A stretch of DNA of 64,000 bases, from the IMG/VR virus record IMGVR_UViG_3300023083_000001, positions 62,001-126,000 of that record. One strand, given 5' to 3'. Made by a program: the position numbers and the translations under genes. The notes under the pieces were generated by a model. It saw nothing but the letters and a program-made list of their open reading frames with translations, searched no databases and was not told where the DNA came from. How positions within the stretch are numbered: the first letter of the stretch is position 1; every line of letters begins with the position of its first letter. Shown here piece by piece: positions 18,121-27,544 of the stretch.

Positions 18121-19215
18121 TTATACAACGGTGAGTTTGAGCTTCGCAGCCAGAATTCCAGCACGTGTCCATTTGACACCCGATGGAGACTTCTCACCCT
18201 GATAGAGTTTATACCCGGAAGCCATATTGGATGTCATAGGTACTGATACCGCAGCCGATTGATCGGACCCTGTGATCAGTTGTCCGGTAACAGATGTGCT
18301 GGCGCCAGCGGCTTTCTTACCCGCTATGTTTAGACACACGGCGTTAATAGGCGCTGAGTTTGTAGGTGTCGTCAAACCTACATTGGCTACGTTGTTCGTT
18401 ACATCGTTTGTAACCACTGGCGTCAACAGCGATGCGGCATCGGTAATGTCTGCGTTCAACGCATCCACTGGAGTTCCAGACGGACTCGCCAACCAGGAAG
18501 CTTGGTCCACGCTTGCCGTGGTGATTGGAACAATACGCTGCGCGCCGAGGAATGTGTCGGCGGTCCCATCGCCAGTCTTCTCAATGACGTACATGTCCTT
18601 GAACCAGAATGAGTATTCGATAGTGCCTGGGGTACTGTTGTTAGGTGGAAATAGACCCGCCCCAAACTGCGCCGTTCCTGCGGCAATAGCGGCTGCTAGG
18701 CCAGAAGTGAATGGCAGATCGGCGATCGGGACGCCATCGACTTTCCTGCGGATGACCGCGGCGGCAACGTCCCACTGAGCTTCTAGGTAGTACTCTTGAC
18801 CCGCTACCCAGTTCGGAATTGAGCCGAAAGGAAAAACTGCACCATTGATGAATCCGCTGAAGCTAACCGCGGTAACAATCTCCATTGGCTGAGGCCAATA
18901 GTTACTGACTGTCACGTTGATCGGACACAGCCAGCGCATGCCTATGGTGAAAACCGAACTCGCGGTAGGAGTAAGACCCAGGGATTGGAGCGTACTGTAC
19001 AAATAGTTCATTTTGTTCAGGCCTGTCGACACAGTGGTGACAGTACCTTTACATTTCAACCAACCGCTTTCTTTGGTGTAAGTAACACCGGCAGCAGCCA
19101 GAGGTCCTGGTTTGAATAAGAAGGGAAGTGGACCCAGCGTAAGACCTGCTGTAGGAATCTGTTCCCCAGCGGGCATTGGTACATCGTCGTACCCGAAGAA
19201 ACTACGAATAGCCAT
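18121..19215 (-). CDS. putative tail fibre/RBP, ConA/LamG-like paralog L4
   Basis: Start moved to MAIRSFFGYD (19215); closest to L5. Confidence 0.6.
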   Translation of the reverse strand: MAIRSFFGYDDVPMPAGEQIPTAGLTLGPLPFLFKPGPLAAAGVTYTKESGWLKCKGTVTTVSTGLNKMNYLYSTLQSLGLTPTASSVFTIGMRWLCPINVTVSNYWPQPMEIVTAVSFSGFINGAVFPFGSIPNWVAGQEYYLEAQWDVAAAVIRRKVDGVPIADLPFTSGLAAAIAAGTAQFGAGLFPPNNSTPGTIEYSFWFKDMYVIEKTGDGTADTFLGAQRIVPITTASVDQASWLASPSGTPVDALNADITDAASLLTPVVTNDVTNNVANVGLTTPTNSAPINAVCLNIAGKKAAGASTSVTGQLITGSDQSAAVSVPMTSNMASGYKLYQGEKSPSGVKWTRAGILAAKLKLTVV

Positions 19216-19226
19216 GTTGAAACTCC

Positions 19227-19859
19227 TTAGCTCCAACGAATCGCTGGGTCAGTAAACAAGGTGGAGAACTGCGGCAATGTCTGACCGATCGTGACTTTAG
19301 AACCTGGAATGAACCAGTAGCTAGTGGATTTAGCAACTAGCTCGACCGTGTACGCCGACGCGGAAATCGGCCCATCCACCACGTCATCCACAGTCAACGT
19401 GATACCAACGACCGCACTGATAGCAGATAGCGCTTCGTAGATTGTGGTCGCGGTGCCGAGAGGGATGTTATTCGGATCCAGTGTCATCCTGGAAATAGGG
19501 ACACGGTTGTACCGAAACCATTTGGTTCCTTTGAGTCCTGAAGCTGCTGACGCTTTGACCTGGACTCTGGCATTGTAGTTAGCGTCGTTTGTCAAAGCTT
19601 CGACCGCTACCGCTGTGAAGTCTGTGGTAGGTCGAACGGTGTTGGCCTTGGCTACGATCATCAGCAGAACAGCCTGAAGCCCTGTCACTCCTTTGGGGAG
19701 TGATTTAATGGCTGGACCGATAAGGTATCCACCAATAGACCGAACCCCCACTTGTACTGGGGGGGAGCCGATCAAGTAACCGCTGACAGACCGAAGGCTT
19801 ACTTGGTTAGGGGGTGATACCGCCGCGTAACCGTTAATGGATCTCGCAGTTAAAGGCAT
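19227..19859 (-). CDS. tail adaptor-family protein with three 17-aa N-terminal repeats
   Basis: R at aa 6/23/40 and GY at 10-11/27-28/44-45. Confidence 0.7.
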   Translation of the reverse strand: MPLTARSINGYAAVSPPNQVSLRSVSGYLIGSPPVQVGVRSIGGYLIGPAIKSLPKGVTGLQAVLLMIVAKANTVRPTTDFTAVAVEALTNDANYNARVQVKASAASGLKGTKWFRYNRVPISRMTLDPNNIPLGTATTIYEALSAISAVVGITLTVDDVVDGPISASAYTVELVAKSTSYWFIPGSKVTIGQTLPQFSTLFTDPAIRWS

Positions 19860-19864
19860 GTCAA

Positions 19865-20908
19865 TTACCCCGTAACGTCTGGCGTGATGGTGATGACGGT
19901 CCCGTCAATCTTGCTAGCGTCCCATGCACCACCCGCAGGTGCGGTTGGCAAAGTAGCTATGGTCGATCCGTAAGCCTGCGTTTTCGGTACCGTGAGGTTA
20001 CCCGCTTGGACCGTGGTACCACCTTGAGTGACCTCAATTTTAGCCAAGGTCGCGTTATTACCTTTAGCAATCACCGAAGCCATCAACTGAACAGCGTTGA
20101 TTTTAAAACCTTCTGGCGTATTAGCTTTTAGGCTAAGCTTCAACGGACTTTTGTCTGTCGGAGAATCTACCGTTGCGGTTGCCGGTTGAGCAGCTGTCAA
20201 CGTAGTCAGCATGTTGGTAGTACCATCACTACCTGCCCAGGCTGTTGGAGTGGCCGTCGCTTCATCAGCGTAGACAGGGTAGGTGCTGACCGAACCCAGG
20301 CGTGCAACGATCCCGTCACCAGCGATGTTGTCCAGGATGTACATATCGCGGATGCTGCACAAGTTCGTACCGCCCGACAATGTCAGCGAGAAGAACAATG
20401 AAATTTTACCGGTCTTCATCGTGGCGATGTAAGCTGCGGTAGATACAGCGGTCAACGCTACCGACGATAACAGGAGTCCGTCACCGGAAATGGCCAACGT
20501 GTTCGCTGTAAAATCGATTTCAAATTCCAGATAAATCTCAGCACCTACCGCTTTAGCAGCCGTCGGTAGCAGTGAGTAATCCAACACCCAACCGGCTGTA
20601 CTGAAACCAATGTCAGGCCCCAGGGCAACAAAGTTACCTGTGGCGCCTGCAACCAGGGTTTTATGCCGGAAACCGATGACAATCTTGGTTGGGTTAGGCA
20701 CCAAGAACTGATCGAACGAAATACCAGCAATTGTTGCTGCCGATGTCGACGTGCCTGTGGTGGATGTCAAGGCTCCGTTACTGTCGATGATCAACGGTTT
20801 CCCAGTACTGGCGTTATACCGTGAAACGACGTAGCCTGACGTAGCAATCCACGCGGCGTCGTTAACGTTCCGAACGCAGTGGTCAAACGCAAAGATCTTG
20901 CGCAACAT
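19865..20908 (-). CDS. putative tail fibre/RBP, ConA/LamG-like paralog L3
   Basis: MLRKIFAFDH..., YLEFEID, AP.GGAW...I.....ITPD. Confidence 0.6.
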   Translation of the reverse strand: MLRKIFAFDHCVRNVNDAAWIATSGYVVSRYNASTGKPLIIDSNGALTSTTGTSTSAATIAGISFDQFLVPNPTKIVIGFRHKTLVAGATGNFVALGPDIGFSTAGWVLDYSLLPTAAKAVGAEIYLEFEIDFTANTLAISGDGLLLSSVALTAVSTAAYIATMKTGKISLFFSLTLSGGTNLCSIRDMYILDNIAGDGIVARLGSVSTYPVYADEATATPTAWAGSDGTTNMLTTLTAAQPATATVDSPTDKSPLKLSLKANTPEGFKINAVQLMASVIAKGNNATLAKIEVTQGGTTVQAGNLTVPKTQAYGSTIATLPTAPAGGAWDASKIDGTVITITPDVTG

Positions 20909-20913
20909 GGCAG

Positions 20914-21276
20914 TTACTCCGAATCAGTGTCAGTGGGAACGACTGGATCATTCCAGCACAGGAACAGATCACCTACAGGTGCAGTAGACCACTCTGGGAA
21001 CTTCACACGCAGCGCGTATTTGAAAAGGCTGAGGGTAGCGAACTCACGGTCGTTAAGACCGTTGTAGAGCACTACAGCGCCGTTGAGCGAGTACTCAGCG
21101 GTCATCTCGGTCTGGTTCCACATCTTCTGTTGTGCCATCGGACCGGATGCGTTCAAGGCAGCGGCAATTGCTCGCTGACCGGACTCGTTCAATTCACCTT
21201 CCGGGATAGCCGACAAGAGATCAGCGTGTTCGGTGAAATCGTTTCGGAGTAGATAATTGCGCCAATCAATGGACAT
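20914..21276 (-). CDS. stand-alone C-terminal domain of the adaptor family
   Basis: Aligns by eye with the C-half of 24885..25760 (DF, W, SL.GA.V..NGLN, KYAL, G.L.L.(W/Y)NDP). Confidence 0.65.
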   Translation of the reverse strand: MSIDWRNYLLRNDFTEHADLLSAIPEGELNESGQRAIAAALNASGPMAQQKMWNQTEMTAEYSLNGAVVLYNGLNDREFATLSLFKYALRVKFPEWSTAPVGDLFLCWNDPVVPTDTDSE

Positions 21277-21303
21277 GGTTTTGATCTCTTATCAAAAGGA
21301 GTG

Positions 21304-21801
21304 TTAGAAACCTGGTAGCGTGTCGCCACTGAACGCTGTCTCAATATCGAGCGCAACGTTGAAAGCAACTGTCACTGAACCGAACCAACCCAAGCTGTCT
21401 GGTTTACTTTCGATCAGGAACGTGATCCCACCATCGCCGTCATCCACGGTAGAATGTTCCACCAGGTCGTCGGAGGTAAAGGTAGCCCCTGAAAGGTTTT
21501 TCAGAACCGGTAACATAGCAGCCAGGTTCTGACCGCCAGTCACAGCGATACCTCTGAAGTTAGCCAAGCCTAATGGCGTTACATCCAGGCGGTCGTAGAA
21601 TACCTTAGTGCCACCCATACCCAACGTGGATGAGTCCGTAAACTTGACGCCCACCTTGGTGTTCTTTCCGTACAAGGTCTTCTCAGCCGCAGTAGTTGCA
21701 ACCGGTGTACCGAATACCAGATCACTGACAGGGACAATAATTCCAGCCTTTACGCTGAACATCGCCGCCAGATCCGCTTTACTATCTAAGTAGATTGACA
21801 T
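21304..21801 (-). CDS. stand-alone N-terminal domain of the adaptor family
   Basis: YDRLD, FT.DD, SLGW.GSV and terminal TLPGF motifs. Confidence 0.65.
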   Translation of the reverse strand: MSIYLDSKADLAAMFSVKAGIIVPVSDLVFGTPVATTAAEKTLYGKNTKVGVKFTDSSTLGMGGTKVFYDRLDVTPLGLANFRGIAVTGGQNLAAMLPVLKNLSGATFTSDDLVEHSTVDDGDGGITFLIESKPDSLGWFGSVTVAFNVALDIETAFSGDTLPGF

Positions 21802-21809
21802 GACGGCCT

Positions 21810-22760
21810 CTACGCATTCCAGTGAAGGATAAGTTTACCGCTGAACCAACTAGCGTCCACACTCTGGATCACCATCGCTCGGGTGAACCGTGCGGAGTTA
21901 GCTTCGGGGATGGAGGTAGATGGTAGGGTGTAGATGTAAGCTGTACACCCCGCCAGACCTGATGCGAGGCTGCTGTCAGTTTTAGCCCAGTTGGTCTTAC
22001 CTGAGTTGTTATTGAGCCAGGCAATGACGGCGTCGAGGTTTGCGTTAGCTGCGGTGGTGATCAGGAAACTGGTCGACAGTGCGGCAAGGTTGGCTTTAAC
22101 CGCTGAAGCGTCAAGGCCGTAGAGTTGCCATTCGCCGACAGGTTTGCGACTTTGCGAGAAGTCATTACCACCTGGATAGAGTCGGCCAATCAACGCTCGG
22201 TTAGCGTCGGTAATGATTTCGGTTATAGGACGTTTGGAACGAACCCACTGAAGCGAAACTGTACCTTTGTAGCAAAGGCCGTTAACAGCGATACCGTTGT
22301 AAACGGTATCGGCAGGCACAGTCACTACGGCGGCCATATCGGTTTCGAGGAGACTCAACCCGTATTTTGCGTTAACGTCTGCGATGAATTGGGCACGCGT
22401 GATGGAACCCGCTGCGCTGTAGAAATCAGAACGCATGATCATGTTGCGAAACAGCGCACTCATGTCAATGCGACGATACCTGACAGTGACCTTACCGATC
22501 GTACCTGAACCCGGCGGACCAGACACCAGGACCGAGGTATCACACTTGAAAGGATCTGATGGATCAACAGTAACGGATGCCATCCCAGTAAACTGTACTT
22601 TCGACATCCCGTACGCTGCTTTGAAGCCAGGGTTGGATACTTCGATCAGGTCGTAAATCAGTCGGTTTTGCGGGAGGCGTAGGTCGCTCGGCGGTTGTGC
22701 TGGCGCAGGTGCAGGATCTCCCAACGCATAACCCGTTACGGCACTTAGTGCAATAGTCAT
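21810..22760 (-). CDS. two-domain tail adaptor-family protein with one N-terminal repeat
   Basis: LSAVTGYALG then LIYDLI...NP, YRRID, INAKYGL-like motifs. Confidence 0.65.
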   Translation of the reverse strand: MTIALSAVTGYALGDPAPAPAQPPSDLRLPQNRLIYDLIEVSNPGFKAAYGMSKVQFTGMASVTVDPSDPFKCDTSVLVSGPPGSGTIGKVTVRYRRIDMSALFRNMIMRSDFYSAAGSITRAQFIADVNAKYGLSLLETDMAAVVTVPADTVYNGIAVNGLCYKGTVSLQWVRSKRPITEIITDANRALIGRLYPGGNDFSQSRKPVGEWQLYGLDASAVKANLAALSTSFLITTAANANLDAVIAWLNNNSGKTNWAKTDSSLASGLAGCTAYIYTLPSTSIPEANSARFTRAMVIQSVDASWFSGKLILHWNA

Positions 22761-22763
22761 ATC

Positions 22764-23777
22764 TCAACCTACTGTGTCTGGGGTGATGACTGCCTCACTA
22801 GCGTTCAGTTTACTGATCGTCCACGCCGCTCCATCTGGAGCTTTATGGACTACGCCGAGAGAAGTTCCATAGGAAATTGTGGTCGGCGCAGGTACCGAAG
22901 CCGTTGCTTTGTCAGTGCCGTTCAAACTGAGTTTAGTCAGTGAGGATGTGGCGCCGTCATTGGATTTGTTGGCAACGGACAGTTCGACCGCATTGATGTT
23001 GATCGGGACGGTGTCTTTCAAACCATCCAGTAACAAACCTACGGTCAATGGCGCCTTCGACGATGGGCTGGAAAGAGTCGCTTTCCCCGAAGTGCCGAGA
23101 CCTTTCTTCAACGCTGGAAGAAGTTCGCTAGCGTCACTGGCTGCCCAACCTGTACCTTGCGCCTTATCAAGCAAGACCGGATAGACTTGCCGAGGACCTA
23201 GACGGCCTGTAGGTCCACCGTCTGCGGAGGCCACATCGTTGCTGATGTAAATGTCGCGAAGACTGGCGCGTTGAGTCTTGGCGTACCCGCGTGTCAAGAT
23301 GCCGACTATCGACTGAGCAGTGCCGGCTTTCATTGCCGCGATGTAGGAAGAAAGACTTGGACCATTGCTGATTGCCACGTCGTCCACCCATCGACGTGTT
23401 GCACCTGTCGTTAGGTTGATCTCTACTTCCAAGTAATAGATACCACCCACTTTGACCGATGGAATCTCGCTCATGTAGAAGATCACAGAACCCAGATTAG
23501 GTCCATACATCAACGTATGGTTGGCGTCAAGCACGTCAACCCTTACACGCATCCCAATGTAGACCAGGTTCGCAGGCGCTGCGCAGGCAGCGAAGTGTTT
23601 CAGATACAGACCTTCGGGAATGGTGGTAGCGGTCCCTTGTGGAGTCACCCATCCATTAACAATGGTCGCGGTGTCCGATGCTTCGTTGGCGAACAAAGGA
23701 CCCAGGAAAGGAGACCAAACGCTTTGAGGTACGCTTGGTGGTAAATGTTCAAATCCGATAATTGCTTTAACGGCCAT
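22764..23777 (-). CDS. putative tail fibre/RBP, ConA/LamG-like paralog L2
   Basis: MAVKAIIGFEH..., YYLEVEIN...WVD, APDGAAWT. Confidence 0.6.
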   Translation of the reverse strand: MAVKAIIGFEHLPPSVPQSVWSPFLGPLFANEASDTATIVNGWVTPQGTATTIPEGLYLKHFAACAAPANLVYIGMRVRVDVLDANHTLMYGPNLGSVIFYMSEIPSVKVGGIYYLEVEINLTTGATRRWVDDVAISNGPSLSSYIAAMKAGTAQSIVGILTRGYAKTQRASLRDIYISNDVASADGGPTGRLGPRQVYPVLLDKAQGTGWAASDASELLPALKKGLGTSGKATLSSPSSKAPLTVGLLLDGLKDTVPININAVELSVANKSNDGATSSLTKLSLNGTDKATASVPAPTTISYGTSLGVVHKAPDGAAWTISKLNASEAVITPDTVG

Positions 23778-23792
23778 GTAAATGACTCCTGA

Positions 23793-24827
23793 TTAACTCA
23801 CAATGTCCGGGGTCAGCAACAGTGAGGTCGAATCGATATTGGCCTTCGTCCATGCCACACCACCTGGGGCTTTAGGGTAGACGCCGAGCTGGAACGTGTA
23901 TTTTAGCGTTGTACCCGGAGTCACTGGAGCACCGGCCAGCGTATCAGAACCGTTCTTCAGCGACACACCAAACTGGTTCGAAGCTGTGTTACCGTTACCC
24001 GCAAACAAGAGTGACACGGCATTGATCGTCTGACCGTCAGCTACGTCGCATTTGAGGCTGATGTCCAATGGCGCTTTACTCGCACCAGAGGTTGCTACCG
24101 AAGTGTTGGTTGAATCAGCTGATCGGGTGAGAGTGCTCAACAACGATCCACCATCGGTGGTGGTCCAATCAGTGCCGCTGATTACGTCAGCGTAGATCGG
24201 TACCAACTGCTGAGGGCCCAGCATACCAACAAACCCGTCACCGGCCACGTCATCGGAGACATAGATGTCACGATAAGCCATTGTGCTATTACCTGAGTTG
24301 TTTCCAGAAAAGCGAAACTCAAGGTAGAAAAGACGTGCCAGTAGTTGAGCATTGGTCAGTTCAGCTGGCATGCCGACGTTCTTAATGAACGTGCTGTTGA
24401 CATAAACCGCAATAACTCGAGTGGTGATGTTGAGGACGAATTCGAGATAGCTGATTGCTCCGACAGCACTGTTTGCGGCCGGAAGGTCGCTGTCAGCCAG
24501 AAGCTGCATGGCGTATTTACTCAAATCTGTAAGACCGATGTAATAACTCGATTGAAACGTTTCCACAACCTTCATTCTAATGCCGATGAATATCTTGGTC
24601 GGCGTACCCGATACCGGGAAAGGGGCAAGGTTAAGCATCAGGTTAGTGTACCCGCTAGGCGAAACGCCTGCGGGCGTAGTCAACCAACCGTTGTTATCAA
24701 TGTAAATGTTCTTGCCGAATCCACCGCTAAGACTGGGTGAATATGTGGTGTACCCACTGTTGTACTGCCAGCTATTGAGAGCCAGCAGCTTTGGACAATG
24801 GTCAAAGCCAACCAATGCGCGAAGCAT
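23793..24827 (-). CDS. putative tail fibre/RBP, ConA/LamG-like paralog L1
   Basis: MLRALVGFDH..., YLEFVLN, APGGVAWTKA.I. Confidence 0.6.
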   Translation of the reverse strand: MLRALVGFDHCPKLLALNSWQYNSGYTTYSPSLSGGFGKNIYIDNNGWLTTPAGVSPSGYTNLMLNLAPFPVSGTPTKIFIGIRMKVVETFQSSYYIGLTDLSKYAMQLLADSDLPAANSAVGAISYLEFVLNITTRVIAVYVNSTFIKNVGMPAELTNAQLLARLFYLEFRFSGNNSGNSTMAYRDIYVSDDVAGDGFVGMLGPQQLVPIYADVISGTDWTTTDGGSLLSTLTRSADSTNTSVATSGASKAPLDISLKCDVADGQTINAVSLLFAGNGNTASNQFGVSLKNGSDTLAGAPVTPGTTLKYTFQLGVYPKAPGGVAWTKANIDSTSLLLTPDIVS

Positions 24828-24884
24828 AGCTAATACTCCATGATGAGTCAGGAATGGGTGCCCTCAGGGCACCCACTATGCCGC

Positions 24885-25760
24885 TTACGCGTTGAGGTCG
24901 TAAGGATCGTTGTAGTGCAAGTACATGATGCCCGACGGCGTTGTGACGGCGTCACGCAGCTTCAGAGCCAGAGCGTACTTGTAGTTCGGGTTCGTTGGCA
25001 GCGCAGCGCTGTTCAAACCGTTACTTACAACTGTTGCACCCGACAGCGACCAGGTAGCGGTGCTGGACGATTCGTTCCACAGCGTTTTGCCCGAACCGAT
25101 ATCTAGAGCTTTGAACGCTGCAACCAGCGCAGTGACCGTAGCAGCCGGCAGTGCACCGGCGTTCAGCGTAGCCAACGTGTTGAAGTACGACGTGAAGTCG
25201 TAGCCGTACATGTAGAGCTGTGCGTACGTGTCGGTATCGTTCGCGGTTGGGTAGTTCAGACCCTCAAGCGTTGTGTCGGTAACAACCGAGTTCAACGAAG
25301 CACCACCCGCCGTGATGTTCAATGTGACACTGCCGATCCAACCGATGGAGTTGGTTTTGGCAGTCAGCACAACCGAACGAGTACCATCACCTGCGTCTAC
25401 AATCGCAGTGTCTTCGATATCGTCAGTGGTAAAGTGCAAACCGTTCCAGTACGACAGCCATGGGATCAACCCATGTGCAGATGTCACACCGTAACCTGTC
25501 AGGGTAAACCCTTTGAGGTTGGTGCCGTTCAGATCGTTCAGTTTCAAACGATCGTACACGATGGACTTACGGCCTTTGAACTGACCGCCTGCTTTGGCAC
25601 CAACGACAATGCCGGTGTTACGCAGTGTCGTTTGATCTTTCCAGGTACCAGAGACAGGCACCGGGTTACTGAACTCCACGTCGTTCAACGTAAAGGTCGT
25701 CGCGTTCTTCGCATTCAGACCTGCGAGTAGATCAACGACTGATACACTTTGATAGGACAT
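24885..25760 (-). CDS. two-domain tail adaptor-family virion protein
   Basis: Family motifs YDRL, FTTDDI, SIGWIGSV and C-terminal G..YLHYN. Confidence 0.7.
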   Translation of the reverse strand: MSYQSVSVVDLLAGLNAKNATTFTLNDVEFSNPVPVSGTWKDQTTLRNTGIVVGAKAGGQFKGRKSIVYDRLKLNDLNGTNLKGFTLTGYGVTSAHGLIPWLSYWNGLHFTTDDIEDTAIVDAGDGTRSVVLTAKTNSIGWIGSVTLNITAGGASLNSVVTDTTLEGLNYPTANDTDTYAQLYMYGYDFTSYFNTLATLNAGALPAATVTALVAAFKALDIGSGKTLWNESSSTATWSLSGATVVSNGLNSAALPTNPNYKYALALKLRDAVTTPSGIMYLHYNDPYDLNA

Positions 25761-25774
25761 TAACTTCGCTCCGA

Positions 25775-26731
25775 TCAGACGTTGTAGTGGATGTAGTGAG
25801 TACCTGCACCGTACGTCGCTTCAAGCGCGGTTGGAACGGTAAGGATCAATACACGATTGTAATAATCAGCATTAGCCTCAGGCGCCGACAACTTACCTGC
25901 GGCAGTAGACAGATCTACTACGCGACCATTCCAGGTGCTAAAGCCGTACGCCGTACCGTCCGGCGTGTCTGTAACAAGCGTGGTGCCGTAAAGAGCGTTG
26001 AGACGGGTGAGGAAGCGGGCCATCCACTGGATGAGCTGCGTGGATGCGCCTTCCCAGCTATTAGGATAACTATTCCACTTAACGCCAGCCAGGATGAAGT
26101 CAGACCAGTCAACACCGTACGCCATGTTGCTGACAACCACCGCGTGAGCGCCGCTGAAGTCATTACCACCTGGGAACTTACGAGTACCATCCAGATCAGT
26201 CACAGCGATCATGCCCGAAATATCCTGACCATCCGCGCGCCATTTAAGCGTGAACGAACCGGTGTAGCCCAAACTGCCAGGTTTAGCGTTGACGGTGACC
26301 GATGTAGTGTAGTAACCGTTTTCCTGAGTAGAACCCAGCAAGATATTTCCGTCGATCACGTCATCAGTGGTCAAGTTGAGACCGTACTGCTGGTTGATCG
26401 ATTGTAGCAGGTCGTAGACGCTGAAGACGACCGCGTTTGGATTGCCCGAGTTCTGCGCTGTCGAGAACTTGTTGATCTGGATAGTCATACCCCGAGTCAA
26501 CGTGGCCAGGTTCAGACGGCGGTAGTTGACAGACTTACGACCGAGGTAATCTTTACCGGTAATTGCCGCCACCACGACTGCGGTATTCAGAAGCGGTTGA
26601 CCTGCGACGGTAGCAGCAGCTGGGACACCCAAGGTGGCGTTAGCTGGAGATACGGGAATCGGCATCGATGGGTTGGCCTGGTTGATGAGGTCATACACCA
26701 GCGCAGCCGATGACTTGTTGAAAATAGGCAT
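25775..26731 (-). CDS. two-domain tail adaptor-family virion protein
   Basis: YRRLNL, INQQYGLNLTTDD, SLGYTGS, G..YIHYN. Confidence 0.7.
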   Translation of the reverse strand: MPIFNKSSAALVYDLINQANPSMPIPVSPANATLGVPAAATVAGQPLLNTAVVVAAITGKDYLGRKSVNYRRLNLATLTRGMTIQINKFSTAQNSGNPNAVVFSVYDLLQSINQQYGLNLTTDDVIDGNILLGSTQENGYYTTSVTVNAKPGSLGYTGSFTLKWRADGQDISGMIAVTDLDGTRKFPGGNDFSGAHAVVVSNMAYGVDWSDFILAGVKWNSYPNSWEGASTQLIQWMARFLTRLNALYGTTLVTDTPDGTAYGFSTWNGRVVDLSTAAGKLSAPEANADYYNRVLILTVPTALEATYGAGTHYIHYNV

Positions 26732-26736
26732 CTTGA

Positions 26737-27528
26737 TTAAACCTCGTCAAGCAAGTTGTAATGGAGATAGATCGCCCCGGATAGAGCGCTGGCTCCTGGC
26801 GTTCCTTGAATGACCACACGATCAAACAGTGGGTTACTGTCTGGGACCGCCGACGTGGCATGGTCGGTGATTGCACCGAGTGACCATGTAGGGATACCCA
26901 GATAGAGACACGCCGTCTGCAACGCTTTAAAGTCAGTATACCGGCCCGTCTTCGGATCGATCTTGATGAAGTCCCGCAGGCTGGTAAAGTCTTGCCCCCA
27001 CGTTGTCATCCGTGCTGATGCGAGCTGGGTCGCCAGATTGATCGGGTGGCGCAGCTTCTGGAGAATGACCACACGGATGACATCACTCAACAGCGTCCTG
27101 CCGTACAGAACGGTAAGGCTACCTTGGTTGACGTAACCCATGCTGGTCGTTTTGGCAACCAGAGTCAATTCCTGAGGTTGGTCCAGGGTCGGTGTCGGTA
27201 CCGTGAACGGTTCGAAGTCATCAGTCGTCAACGACAAACCAAATTGTTGGTTGATCAGCTCAATGACTGAAGTAGCCGTGAAAGGACTCGTACTTCGAAT
27301 CGCTTGGTCTGTCAGTACCTCACCCAGATCGGCACGGTTGTAGAAGACATCCACGCTGCCTTTATAGATACGACCTGGTACAGCATCGATCGTGACCTTG
27401 GTGTTGTGTTCATCACTTTGGTCAAAGACTGCGGGTTGCAATGAAACGTTGACAAGGTTCAGAGGCTTAGCGGGAGTGTTGACCCGGTTCACCTCAGTGA
27501 GTAACTTGTTAGTCGGAAGCTCTGCCAT
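26737..27528 (-). CDS. two-domain tail adaptor-family virion protein
   Basis: YNRADL, INQQFGLSLTTDD, G..YLHYN. Confidence 0.7.
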   Translation of the reverse strand: MAELPTNKLLTEVNRVNTPAKPLNLVNVSLQPAVFDQSDEHNTKVTIDAVPGRIYKGSVDVFYNRADLGEVLTDQAIRSTSPFTATSVIELINQQFGLSLTTDDFEPFTVPTPTLDQPQELTLVAKTTSMGYVNQGSLTVLYGRTLLSDVIRVVILQKLRHPINLATQLASARMTTWGQDFTSLRDFIKIDPKTGRYTDFKALQTACLYLGIPTWSLGAITDHATSAVPDSNPLFDRVVIQGTPGASALSGAIYLHYNLLDEV

Positions 27529-27544
27529 GACCTAAACCTCGTAG

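Noticed and set aside
21277-21306. Stop-codon readthrough or recoding joining the split adaptor
   Set aside because: Three in-frame stops (TAA, TGA, TAA); TAA, TGA and TAG all terminate other genes normally.
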